64,000 bases of DNA from a virus (Duplodnaviria; Caudoviricetes), in the IMG/VR virus record IMGVR_UViG_3300025608_000013, positions 27,984 to 91,983 of that record; one strand, given 5' to 3'. Shown here piece by piece: positions 29,039 through 38,287 of this stretch. Under the pieces are notes generated by a model. That model did no database searches, was not told the DNA's origin, and saw nothing but the letters and a program-made list of their open reading frames with translations. The number at the start of each line of letters is the position of its first letter. Positions within the stretch are counted from its first letter, which is position 1. The position numbers were made by a program, and so were the translations under genes.

Positions 29039-29671
29039 TTATTGGAGTTTGTTGATGATATTCACCAACGATTCCTTTAAATATTTCTGTGCCTTAGTGT
29101 CTTCTCTAACTTCTGTTGCTAGAGTAAATGCCTTATACCCACCCTTGGTATTCATTAGGTGCTCGTAAATTGGAGTTGGGTATGCCCCCGGAGCACTTGG
29201 TTGCGCCACAACATCTACAGTAATAATTTCAAAATCACTTACTGTGCCGCTACCGTCTTCTGATACGTTTCCTGACCCACGCGATGAGACGCCTAGTTTT
29301 ACACCTGATTCAATCATTGTTTGTACTAGTTGTCCCATCGGAGTAGGTAGGAGTTTCATTTTACCATAACCGTTTGCATCGTCCATCCACATTTGAGTAA
29401 TCATATGTGATACACGATCTAGGTTAATGTTAAGACCTTCAGGATGATCAACTTCTCCGAGAACTGAATATCCGCCACTGATCTGATCGTTGAGCGTTTT
29501 CACAGCCCTACCGATCTCATTTACAGGATACACACGTTGGTTGGCGTTACGTACACCTCCCTGTATGCAGATTCCCTTTAGATAGAGGTCTTTACCTCCT
29601 CTTGAGTTTTCAGTCGTCTCAACGACCATCTGTGCTTGGTCGAATGATAAGTTCTCAGTTAAGTTATACAT
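29039..29671 (-). CDS. gp21: Prohead protease, gp21-like
   Basis: NANQRVYP, GEVDHP, RVSH, LGVSSRGSG, DVVAQPSAPGA. Confidence 0.95.
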   Translation of the reverse strand: MYNLTENLSFDQAQMVVETTENSRGGKDLYLKGICIQGGVRNANQRVYPVNEIGRAVKTLNDQISGGYSVLGEVDHPEGLNINLDRVSHMITQMWMDDANGYGKMKLLPTPMGQLVQTMIESGVKLGVSSRGSGNVSEDGSGTVSDFEIITVDVVAQPSAPGAYPTPIYEHLMNTKGGYKAFTLATEVREDTKAQKYLKESLVNIINKLQ

Positions 29672-29681
29672 TAACTATTCC

Positions 29682-30584
29682 TTAGGATCCGATAGTGCTT
29701 TTAGTATCGGCCCCGCTTTCGCCTTTGCCTTTCTTTTCAGCACCGTGGCCGTTTGGCTGAGCTTTCATTGACTTGCTCGCCTTGCCGCCTGGTACATTGA
29801 CGTTGCCTGCATTTTCTTCTGTTGTTGAAGGTTTTGCTAGGCCGCCTTCTGTACCGCCATTGCCACCGTCGCCACCTTGTGCGATGTTAGCAGTAGTTCC
29901 GCCCATGTTGTTAGCGCCAGCTACAGTTGACTTGGTGTTTGCACCGTTGTCACCCATTTTAGCTGTTACTTTTTCAACATATTCTCTCATTGTTTCTGCT
30001 TCTGACTTGTCTGACTCGTCAACTTCTTCGTCATCTTCGTCATCTTCTTCAGCTTCAAAAGCAAATGATTCTTCTTCTGGCTTGTCTTCAATGTCGCCCA
30101 TCATGTCGTCTGCTGGATCGCCGCCCATGTCATCCATGTCGCCTTCTTCGTCATCTCCACCATCTTTTGACATCATGTCGTCGAATGCTTTTTGTAGATC
30201 AGCTAGTGCGTCTTCTAGATCGTCCATACGCTCTTCAGTGTCTTCGTCGTCACCTTCGTCGTCCATGTCCATATCCATGTCGTCATCTTCGCCTTCATCT
30301 TCGTCGTCGCCTTCGACTTCAAATTCTTCTAGGTCAAAGTTTTCTTCAACTTCTTCTTCAGACTCGTCAACTTCTTCATCAGTAGCTTCATCTAGATCGT
30401 CTTCTGACTCATCTACTTCTTCGTCGTCTGCTTCGTCTAGGTCTTCTAGATCTGATTCTAGTAGTCCTTCATAAATCTCTCTTGACTTTTCAATCACAAA
30501 CTCGTGGAAAAGTTCTTCTGCTTTTGCTTTGTCTTCATTGACAAGCGATTCGAGCATTTGCTCAATTTTTGATAAATCTGCCAT
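29682..30584 (-). CDS. Highly acidic prohead core/internal protein
   Basis: D/E-rich low-complexity protein with repeated LDE/VDE motifs, directly upstream of gp21 (position of T4 gp67/gp68). Confidence 0.65.
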   Translation of the reverse strand: MADLSKIEQMLESLVNEDKAKAEELFHEFVIEKSREIYEGLLESDLEDLDEADDEEVDESEDDLDEATDEEVDESEEEVEENFDLEEFEVEGDDEDEGEDDDMDMDMDDEGDDEDTEERMDDLEDALADLQKAFDDMMSKDGGDDEEGDMDDMGGDPADDMMGDIEDKPEEESFAFEAEEDDEDDEEVDESDKSEAETMREYVEKVTAKMGDNGANTKSTVAGANNMGGTTANIAQGGDGGNGGTEGGLAKPSTTEENAGNVNVPGGKASKSMKAQPNGHGAEKKGKGESGADTKSTIGS

Positions 30585-30662
30585 TTCTTGTCTCCTTTAA
30601 ATGATACGTAAGGCTGTGTAGTATTATTTACACAATTAACAAAATATGTACAGATAATAGGC

Positions 30663-31292
30663 TCAAAACGGAGTATTTTGAGGCGAGGCACGAGAAATTT
30701 CAAATTTTTCTTTAAAATCTGACTTTTTCATATGTTCTAGGTTAGACAAATCCTTCAAATGTTTTGGAACAAAATCGTCATTGTCTTCTATTACTCTTAT
30801 ATATCTTTTGTTAGGATTATTTTTAATAGTAGTTAATGTTTGTCTTTCCCAGTTACCAAAATATGTTGCAGGATCGTAACTCTTTTTATAATTTTGTGTA
30901 TCTTTAAAAATATTGTTTACTTTAGAGTATTGCCCTTTGTCGTCCATTCTGCCGCGGAAATCCATGCCTAACATATAGATAGTTTCATATCCGTGACTGC
31001 TAGCCATCCATAGTGCTGTGGGTCCTGAACTCCATCCTTTGCTAGGATTAAAGAAGTTTAAATTAACCATACCGTTGTATGCTTTATTAGGATTAGTCCA
31101 TACTTGATTGTCATATTGCCATTTATGTTGATTGATTTCTAATATCATTTTAACATCAACAGCAATTAAAAAGTCAGGACGATAGTGCCTGTAAACTGCA
31201 TTACAAGCAAATACTTTACCATAGTTTTTTAGATAATCTAAATTAATACCTTTGCGACTTTCACCATTGCCGCACACAAAGGCTTGGGACAT
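30663..31292 (-). CDS. MAF/DUF115- or sialyltransferase-like nucleotide-sugar-binding protein
   Basis: AFVCGNGESR, VFACNAVYR...PDFLIAVD, SSGPTAL..A...G...IYMLGMDF pattern. Confidence 0.6.
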   Translation of the reverse strand: MSQAFVCGNGESRKGINLDYLKNYGKVFACNAVYRHYRPDFLIAVDVKMILEINQHKWQYDNQVWTNPNKAYNGMVNLNFFNPSKGWSSGPTALWMASSHGYETIYMLGMDFRGRMDDKGQYSKVNNIFKDTQNYKKSYDPATYFGNWERQTLTTIKNNPNKRYIRVIEDNDDFVPKHLKDLSNLEHMKKSDFKEKFEISRASPQNTPF

Positions 31293-31295
31293 GTA

Positions 31296-31541
31296 TTAAA
31301 CTCCTGCTTCAGTGTTCGCAGCTATTCCGTACATCTGTCTAATAAAGAATAGTTCTTTGTCTTTTTCTTCATTGTGTAATTCAGATGCTTTACGTGCTTT
31401 GTTAATCTGACGCAGAGTTAGGCGTGTTTTACGAGTATCACTTCTGTTCATAACAGAATCGTCCATTGAAGGGTCATAACCTTTGTCTTCAACAGGTTCA
31501 ATAGTTTCTCGATCAAAATAAAAGAATTCTCGTAAATGCAT
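31296..31541 (-). CDS. Hypothetical protein
   Basis: 81 aa, DTRKTRLTLRQINKARK; TATAAATA 5 nt before the ATG. Confidence 0.65.
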   Translation of the reverse strand: MHLREFFYFDRETIEPVEDKGYDPSMDDSVMNRSDTRKTRLTLRQINKARKASELHNEEKDKELFFIRQMYGIAANTEAGV

Positions 31542-31549
31542 AATACTAT

Positions 31550-33307
31550 TTATATCGTTTGCTGTGCTTCTGCGCCTGCCGGAGCAGCACCTAAGTCTGT
31601 ATCTGTAGCAGATTCTGGTGGTGTTCCATCTCCTGCCATTTCCCCGCCAGCGTCGACATCTGTTTCAGTTTCTGCTCCGCCCATGTCAGCTTCAATACCT
31701 GCACCACTAATTCCAGCACCGCGCATTTCTGCACTTGCGTCAGTTGGCGGTTGTTGCAGATTCTCGTCATTTTCTTCACGCCATAAGCGTTCGTTTTCTG
31801 CAATCTCTTCTTCGCTTAGGCCTAAGAAACGTTTTAGCGCAAAGCGATTTGAAATATAAGGAATTGCACTAATCTGACCAAACGTACCAATACGCTGATT
31901 ATCAAGTTCTGATTGACGGTAGCTTGCAAAGTTTTGTGGCGGTTGTAGTCTTACATCAAACATTGCAACATCAATGTTTACACCTTTTTCTAGTAAGTAG
32001 CGTTTAAACTCTTGATTAAACACTTCTACAATTAAACCTTGCAAGCGTTCGCAATAGTTGTTAAAGCGCAGTTCTTGAATATACGCTGTACCAACACGAC
32101 CGTCATTAAATGCACCTTGACCTTCGTCTTGTGCTGCACTTGGCAAATACGAACTTGGAATACGTAAACCTCTAATAAGTTTATTAGTAAAGTATTTTAA
32201 GTCGTCAATTTCGCCTAGGTTAGTACCACCCGGTAGTGTTTCTACTTTAGACCCACGACCTTCAGCAGTTTGAGGGAAGAAGTAGTCTTCGTTTGTTGAA
32301 AGTGGATTATAGGAACTGTCAATAACTGATGTTCCTCCTCCTGTTTTCGACGGAATACGTCTTTGATGGATCTCTGTTTTTACACGTTCTACGAACTGCA
32401 TCGCCAAATGACTAGGCATGTTGCCTACATCAACATAAAACACCCTACGCTCAGGCGCTCTCTGCGTACGGTAAATGATAATCGCATCTTCCAACAATTC
32501 TTTTTGTTTGTAAACTTTAAAGATTGATTCTAGCAGACTGTTGCCAAATGGTGCATTATTGTCTAGTCCTTCAGAAAGACTTAGATGTACCATATGTTCT
32601 GCATCAATTGCAATCTCAGTTTCTTTATCTAGTCCAAAGCGTCCACCTGCTGCACTACCTTGGCTAGTATTACCCACCATGCCACGAACACCGCCTTGTA
32701 GGTATCCGTCTCCGCCTCCAGTTATGTTGCCGTTAGTTTGGAACGGAGTAGTTGCTACTTTGTCCATGAAGTTGATATTCATGTCTTTGACAATGTATTG
32801 CTCAGGTTTTTTACCTTCGCTTTCGTTTACAATAATGCGTGTAACCTTAGCAGGATCAACGTGATACCAAGTTTTAGTTTCAGGATCACGAATAAAGAAA
32901 GCATCACCGTATTTGAATACGTTACGAACAGTTTTAAACATGCGTGTTTCAAAGTCATTTAGCTTTGACCACTGTTGTAGCATGTTTTCTAAGACTTTAA
33001 TTTCTGTATTAGTAGCATCTTTTTTAAAGTCTAATAAAAAGTTAGTTCTATTTTGCTTGTTAAATTGTGTACAAAATTCTGATAAAATATCTAGTGCAGC
33101 ATTAACCTCTGAATCTAAATCCATAGTATTGTATTGACCGTAACGCTCAATACGGTTAGGTGCACCTACATAAACATCAGGCAAAAACGATGAATAGTTA
33201 GACCGGGCAGGGCCGGCTTGTCCTCCGTTTCGTCCGCTAATTGGACTTACGCTTCCGTCTGTGCCATTACCTGTCGGTACTGGTGTAAAATATTTTTTCC
33301 ACGACAT
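31550..33307 (-). CDS. gp20: Portal protein, gp20-like
   Basis: LLEDAIIIYRTQRAPERRVFYVDVGNMP, EDYFFP, GRGSKVETLPGG.NLGEIDD. Confidence 0.96.
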   Translation of the reverse strand: MSWKKYFTPVPTGNGTDGSVSPISGRNGGQAGPARSNYSSFLPDVYVGAPNRIERYGQYNTMDLDSEVNAALDILSEFCTQFNKQNRTNFLLDFKKDATNTEIKVLENMLQQWSKLNDFETRMFKTVRNVFKYGDAFFIRDPETKTWYHVDPAKVTRIIVNESEGKKPEQYIVKDMNINFMDKVATTPFQTNGNITGGGDGYLQGGVRGMVGNTSQGSAAGGRFGLDKETEIAIDAEHMVHLSLSEGLDNNAPFGNSLLESIFKVYKQKELLEDAIIIYRTQRAPERRVFYVDVGNMPSHLAMQFVERVKTEIHQRRIPSKTGGGTSVIDSSYNPLSTNEDYFFPQTAEGRGSKVETLPGGTNLGEIDDLKYFTNKLIRGLRIPSSYLPSAAQDEGQGAFNDGRVGTAYIQELRFNNYCERLQGLIVEVFNQEFKRYLLEKGVNIDVAMFDVRLQPPQNFASYRQSELDNQRIGTFGQISAIPYISNRFALKRFLGLSEEEIAENERLWREENDENLQQPPTDASAEMRGAGISGAGIEADMGGAETETDVDAGGEMAGDGTPPESATDTDLGAAPAGAEAQQTI

Positions 33308-33312
33308 TATCT

Positions 33313-35532
33313 TTAACCTATCATATTGCCTGATTCAGCAATTGCATTTACTGTTTGTTTTGTCAGTTTGTTATTTTCTTGCATCATAGTAACCATTGAT
33401 CTCATTGTAGTATTTAACCTATTAATACTTTCTGAGACTTGTTGTTGAGAGCTTGCAACAGCAGTAGTTGCTGAACTTGTATCACTGCTAGTAGTCGAAT
33501 TATTATATTCAGCTGCTTCTTGAGGATTTAGAACTCGTTCTCCTGCGTGTATTCGTGCAATAGTGTTTCTAGGTTCTGTTAGTCGACCAGTAGCACCGTA
33601 AGTACCAACAAGTCTTGTTGGAATTTGTGCTTGAAGATTAGCAAGTTCGTCTCTCATACGCTGAAGTTCTTCTGCCGAAGTTGATGCGTCATAACCATAA
33701 CTACTAGCATAGCCGCGATCTAATTCAGCTTCTCTAATTCGATTTTGCAGAGCTTCAATTTGAGAATTTAGCTGTCTTTCATTATCTGATAATAATAGAT
33801 CGTCATCGACCATCATATCTCCAATAAAGCCAGAATTATTTATACCTCTTAGTAAACTTCTAAATGAATCACTTAACACTTGTCTTAATTCAGGATTGTT
33901 AAGTAGTGATGTAAATCCTTCTTTGAGGCTGTTTGTGATACTTTCAAGCATAGGTTCAAGCACTCCGCCAACTCGACGCTCGTACATATTTCCAGGACCG
34001 CCTTCTTCAACATATCCGAACAGATAGTCCATTATGTTTTTGTATAAATCTGAAATTGCTTGTCCAGGATCTGCATTAAAAGAATCCATAAATGTGTTTA
34101 AGGTAGTACTAAATGCATTAATGTCTTCCTCTGTAACACTTTCTAAAAATGATTGTACTCTTGCACCAACACCACCTTCTTCAAAGAACTTTAATAATAT
34201 ATCACTCCTGATTCTTTCGACCTCAGTAGACATGTTTGTTAAACCAGTTGTTATTAGTTCTCGTTTCGCTGCTTCTTCGGCAGCAGCTTCCGGATCAAAA
34301 GCTCTAGCCATATACTCTTCAAACTGATACATTGCTCCAAATAGTGCTGCGAAGCCCGCATCTTGATCACCTATTGCTGTAACAGCAGCAGCGCCCATAC
34401 TATCTCTAAATTCTGTTAGCTGCGGAGCAACTCTTCTTAAACCTTCGTCTAGTTCTTCTAAAGACAAGTTTTCAGCATTTTCAGCTAATCTTGCAAACTC
34501 AGGAACCATGGAATATAATCTTTCGCCTAGTTCAGTTTGTGGAATCCCGTCAGTTAAATCTTTAAATGCATTGCTGAACCCTGGAAGCAAAGTTGAAACA
34601 GCATTTAAATTGCCTTGAAATCTAATTCGTTCTTCGTCAGACATATTAGCCATTCTTGCAGCAACATTTGCTTCTGCCGCTTGTTGTGCCATTAGGTCTG
34701 CTTGTTGTCTACGACTTGTACCTGTAAGTTTTGCTAATTGATCAAGCTCTTTTAAATAACTAGCTGTGCCGTCTATTAATTGCTGTTCGTCTCTAATTCT
34801 TTGTCCAGTAACTCGAGCTTCTAATTGAGCAAAATCTAACAAGCCTTCATTTAGTTCTTCAACAGTAAAGCCCATCGCGGCTAAGTTACGACCAACACCG
34901 CTTGTTCTAAACTCTTTACTAAATCTTCCTAGTTGTTGAGCACCTTGTGTAACTGTTCCGCCAAAGAAAGTTAAACGATCACTGTTCTGAGATATTAGTT
35001 CAGTATATCTAGTAAAGTTTAAACCTGCTTCTAAAGCAGATGTTCTCATTTCAATTATACTATTATTAAATGATGCACCTTGACTGCTCAGTCCTTGGAA
35101 GGTGTCAGTTAACTCTTCAAAATAACCTACAACACCTGTAAGAACTCCTCCAACTAACGGAACATGTCGAGTAAAATCAGATAGTTTGTCTCCGCCAACT
35201 AATAGTTCTTTTCCAAGTCCAAACATACTACCAGCAACACTAGTAATACCAGACATAAGTGCGCCGCCTAAGGCGCCAGCAATACTACCAAGTGCGCTTG
35301 TATTAGATTCTACAGCTTCGGTATTTTCGTCAACAGCTTCGGTATTTTTTCTTTGCTTATCTGTTGCAAGAGTAAGTGATTTTTTATATGCATCAAATGC
35401 TTTAGAATTTTGATCATTAGAAGCACCCATCTGTCGTGCCATAGCAGTCATTGCTTCTTGCAATCTCTTAAGAGTTGCTTCACTTGCAACTCCTTTACCG
35501 CCGACGTTCTTGATTTCGATTTCTTCAGCCAC
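33313..35532 (-). CDS. Probable tape measure protein
   Basis: 739 aa alpha-helical protein (GTG start) with Gly-rich hydrophobic segments and a C-terminal A.IHAGE.VL motif; next to the chaperone gene. Confidence 0.6.
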   Translation of the reverse strand: MAEEIEIKNVGGKGVASEATLKRLQEAMTAMARQMGASNDQNSKAFDAYKKSLTLATDKQRKNTEAVDENTEAVESNTSALGSIAGALGGALMSGITSVAGSMFGLGKELLVGGDKLSDFTRHVPLVGGVLTGVVGYFEELTDTFQGLSSQGASFNNSIIEMRTSALEAGLNFTRYTELISQNSDRLTFFGGTVTQGAQQLGRFSKEFRTSGVGRNLAAMGFTVEELNEGLLDFAQLEARVTGQRIRDEQQLIDGTASYLKELDQLAKLTGTSRRQQADLMAQQAAEANVAARMANMSDEERIRFQGNLNAVSTLLPGFSNAFKDLTDGIPQTELGERLYSMVPEFARLAENAENLSLEELDEGLRRVAPQLTEFRDSMGAAAVTAIGDQDAGFAALFGAMYQFEEYMARAFDPEAAAEEAAKRELITTGLTNMSTEVERIRSDILLKFFEEGGVGARVQSFLESVTEEDINAFSTTLNTFMDSFNADPGQAISDLYKNIMDYLFGYVEEGGPGNMYERRVGGVLEPMLESITNSLKEGFTSLLNNPELRQVLSDSFRSLLRGINNSGFIGDMMVDDDLLLSDNERQLNSQIEALQNRIREAELDRGYASSYGYDASTSAEELQRMRDELANLQAQIPTRLVGTYGATGRLTEPRNTIARIHAGERVLNPQEAAEYNNSTTSSDTSSATTAVASSQQQVSESINRLNTTMRSMVTMMQENNKLTKQTVNAIAESGNMIG

Positions 35533-35548
35533 TATTCTAAATTCCTAG

Positions 35549-35598
35549 TTATATACGTATATAAATACAATTGATACATATTTACGTAATGTATTTAT
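35549..35598. promoter_or_regulatory. Face-to-face late promoters with a 16-bp palindrome
   Basis: TATAAATA on + (35560-35567), ATAAATA on - (35592-35598), palindrome TTATATACGTATATAA (35549-35564). Confidence 0.7.
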
Positions 35599-35611
35599 CA
35601 GGAGCATAAAC

Positions 35612-36469
35612 ATGTCGGATAATAATCCACTTAAGAAATTTTTTAGACAGCCTAAAATCTATATCAAATTACCTTCAGGAGGTAAATTTTGGCCTGAAGG
35701 TTCAATCGAAATGCCTGAAAACGGTGAGTTACCAGTTTTTTCTATGACAGCCAAAGACGAGATTATGATTAAAACACCAGATGCGTTGTTAAATGGCCAG
35801 TCTACCGTTGATATTATTCAAAGCTGTATGCCTAATATTAAAGACGCTTGGAAACTTCCTATTATTGATTTAGATACAATTTTAGTTGCAATGAGGATTG
35901 CAAGCTATGGCGAAAAAATGGACTTTGCATCTAAAACTCCAGTTACCGGTACTGAACAATCATTTGCTCTTGATCTACGTCAGATTTTAGATGGATTTAT
36001 TGGTCAAGAGTTTATATCAACTGTTGAAGTTAATGGAATGATTATTCATTTAAGACCTATTTCTTACAAAGAGTTTACTGATACTGCTATTAAAACATTT
36101 GAAGAACAACGTATTTTTAGAGTGTTAAACGATGAAAAAATTTCAGATGGTGAAAAAGTTCGTGTATTCCAAGAAAGTTTTAGAAAACTAACTGAAATTA
36201 CAGTTTCTAACTTAGAAAAATCAATTGAGTCTATCGAAATTGATGAAGAAGTTGTTACTAACAAAAAACATATTGACGAGTTTGTTAATAATGCAGACAA
36301 AGATTTGTTTAGAGCGTTAACTGATCATATCGATGAACAACGTAAGAAGTTTGTAGCAAAACCTCTAACAATTAATTCTACTCCAGAGGACATCGAAAAC
36401 GGTGCACCAGAAACATTTGATGTTCCGTTATCGTTTGACAGTGCAAATTTTTTCGGCTCAGGATCTTAA
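35612..36469 (+). CDS. gp26: gp26-like baseplate hub/tail assembly chaperone
   Basis: YIKLPSGG...PVFSMTAKDEI...IDLDTILVAMRIASYGE; ends ..NFF close to the stop. Confidence 0.75.
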   Translation: MSDNNPLKKFFRQPKIYIKLPSGGKFWPEGSIEMPENGELPVFSMTAKDEIMIKTPDALLNGQSTVDIIQSCMPNIKDAWKLPIIDLDTILVAMRIASYGEKMDFASKTPVTGTEQSFALDLRQILDGFIGQEFISTVEVNGMIIHLRPISYKEFTDTAIKTFEEQRIFRVLNDEKISDGEKVRVFQESFRKLTEITVSNLEKSIESIEIDEEVVTNKKHIDEFVNNADKDLFRALTDHIDEQRKKFVAKPLTINSTPEDIENGAPETFDVPLSFDSANFFGSGS

Positions 36470-36509
36470 CGCTCTCTATTGACGAAATCTTAGAAGAAGT
36501 TAAGATCCT
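36445..36509 (+). other. Programmed -1 ribosomal frameshift signal
   Basis: A_AAT_TTT / T_TTT_TTC heptamers, 5-nt spacer, perfect 11-bp stem AGGATCTTAAC (36460-36470) / GTTAAGATCCT (36499-36509). Confidence 0.8.
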
Positions 36510-36684
36510 TGACACAGATGTAAAACAGATAAAACACGATACATTTAAACTTTCATGGTTTATGAGAGGCGGAATGACTCTCGACGAAGCATATGCACTA
36601 GGTTTTGAAGATAGAGAAATTTTAACAAAATTAATAGAAGAAAACTTAAAAACGACAAAAGATACTAATTTGCCGTTTTTCTAA
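36448..36684 (+). CDS. -1 frame extension of the gp26-like gene (GT/gp51-like), missing from the ORF track
   Basis: Open -1 frame FFRLRILTLSIDEILEE...LSWFMRGGMTLDEAYAL..EDRE...ENLKTTKDTNLPFF* with no SD-led start; begins at the slippery site. Confidence 0.75.
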   Translation, partial: FFRLRILTLSIDEILEEVKILDTDVKQIKHDTFKLSWFMRGGMTLDEAYALGFEDREILTKLIEENLKTTKDTNLPFF

Positions 36685-37284
36685 TCATCTAGTAACATTA
36701 TATCCGGCTTTTTTAAGAAGATCTATAGCTTGTTTTTCAGCATCAGATACTGATTTTGCACCGGCTTTAGCAGTAGATTTTTTAGCACCAGGTTGTGTAA
36801 TTGCATACTTACTGCGAGCTTGTTTGCCACCTGCTTGCTTTTTAAATCCTAATTTAACAAGATCCATAATTACTTTGTCAATTGTTTGGTTTGGAATTGC
36901 TTCAGAAATTACACTTTCTTCAATACTAGCAACTAGTGTTGTTTGAATTGGATCAGCTTTATTCTTTTTGTGATATTTACGAATAGCGTTCATTGATGTT
37001 TTCTTATCAAATCCTGCATTAGCTAGGAAAGCAAGGAAGTCATTTACTTCTAGTTGACCTTTCTTGATTCCTGAGCCTGCCATGTATTGATCTAATTCTT
37101 GTCTAATACGATTTGCTTCATCGCCAACATTAGCTTTTGTTGCCATATTAGCAGCAGTACCTTTCATGCCAATTTTATTAAGAGCTTTTGCACCTAGTTT
37201 ACGTGCAGTTTGTCCAATAAATCCAGCAGGTGCTTCGTCGATGTTATCAATATCGCTTTCACTGAGAATTTCGTAAACTTTCAT
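36685..37284 (-). CDS. Hypothetical basic late protein, possibly an internal head protein
   Basis: MKVYEILSE N-terminus with L/I-x-E motifs; Lys-rich; late promoter at 37316-37322. Confidence 0.55.
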   Translation of the reverse strand: MKVYEILSESDIDNIDEAPAGFIGQTARKLGAKALNKIGMKGTAANMATKANVGDEANRIRQELDQYMAGSGIKKGQLEVNDFLAFLANAGFDKKTSMNAIRKYHKKNKADPIQTTLVASIEESVISEAIPNQTIDKVIMDLVKLGFKKQAGGKQARSKYAITQPGAKKSTAKAGAKSVSDAEKQAIDLLKKAGYNVTR

Positions 37285-37334
37285 TAGAATTTTTCCTTTG
37301 TCAACTAGTTAAAGTTATTTATCTCACTTATTTA

Positions 37335-37837
37335 AATATCTACTTCGTAGATATTAGTTATCGCTATCGCTCAAACTACTTACTTCGTATTTAATTATGC
37401 GTGATATAAATGATTTATATATGAAACGCATTATGACGTAAGTCATAATGTTTAAGTTTCATGTAGATTGTTTCAGTCAGACGGAACCTGTTACGGTTCC
37501 ATCAAACTCGAAAATGTGCTTCATGTGAGTTCGCCACCAGCCGAGACTTGGAAGTAGGTGTTTTCTGCTACACAATGGGCTCTGACCTTTCCCAACCTAC
37601 GTCGACATATGTAACATAAAATGTACATAAAGCAAGTTTATGTGCAGTTTATAATACATTACCTCTCGCTTCGTTCCTGTGCTAAAGAGTTTTTATGTGT
37701 AATGTGCAGTTTTTCGACAGCCAACATTCCATCTATGCCAATCAAACATCCTACTACCGGATGCCGCTCAGCATGTTACGTGTGCTCCTATACGGCAGCT
37801 TTTTCCACAGCGGTATTTCTAAACTGGCCCGCCAACC
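37335..37837 (-). ncRNA. Candidate large structured non-coding RNA (or structured origin)
   Basis: About 500 nt with no credible ORF in an otherwise gap-free region; at least eight complementary segment pairs found by eye; family not recognised. Confidence 0.55.
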
Positions 37838-38287
37838 TTATGTGTTGGATTGTTTTGCCTTGATGCTATGTTCTAGCAATGCCTGTCGCAATTTATCGGA
37901 ACCGCCAACTCTAACATTAATAATTCCATTGTAATACTCGTCGCTCTCTAATACACGGCGGTCAAATTGCTCTCTTGCCTCGATATAGGACATTTCGCCC
38001 CTGCCTTTACATAGGTATAGGATTTCTCTTGTGAAGTTTTCTGGGCCTAGTGCCGCAACGTCGGCGTTTAGTCTATCGGATGAACCCCAATAGGTTTTCC
38101 AATCGCTTTCTTTGCTGCCTCTGCGTTTATTTTTCTTGCCTTTGAGTGGAGGTTTGGTAGTTTTAAATTTTGCAAGTTTTTTGCCTATATATTTTTGCCC
38201 AGTAGTTAGATTGGTAATGAGATAAACAAAGCCTTCATATTCGTCTGGTATTGTTTCTATTACTTTGCCTTGATAAGTCCACTCCAT
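37838..38287 (-). CDS. Stand-alone GIY-YIG family endonuclease
   Basis: GFVYLITNLTTGQKYIGKK, WKTYWGSS, FTREIL, E..EQ and YYNG motifs; 149 aa. Confidence 0.85.
   Translation of the reverse strand: MEWTYQGKVIETIPDEYEGFVYLITNLTTGQKYIGKKLAKFKTTKPPLKGKKNKRRGSKESDWKTYWGSSDRLNADVAALGPENFTREILYLCKGRGEMSYIEAREQFDRRVLESDEYYNGIINVRVGGSDKLRQALLEHSIKAKQSNT

Noticed and set aside
29773-30474. 233 aa Ser-rich plus-strand ORF, and other antisense ORFs such as 28008-28592 and 19070-19621
   Set aside because: Shadow frames of real minus-strand genes produced by codon bias and D/E-rich sequence.
37335-37837. tRNA, tmRNA or RNase P in the long intergenic region
   Set aside because: No T-loop/CCA end, no tRNA-like termini and no GAGGAAAGUCC motif seen.
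37621-37934. Plus-strand ORFs of 80 and 79 aa
   Set aside because: No SD or promoter, atypical composition, overlap each other and the GIY-YIG gene.
37335-38287. Group I intron with a GIY-YIG homing endonuclease
   Set aside because: No interrupted host gene (flanking ORFs have normal ends) and I could not find the conserved P7 R/S elements. A covariance search is still warranted.
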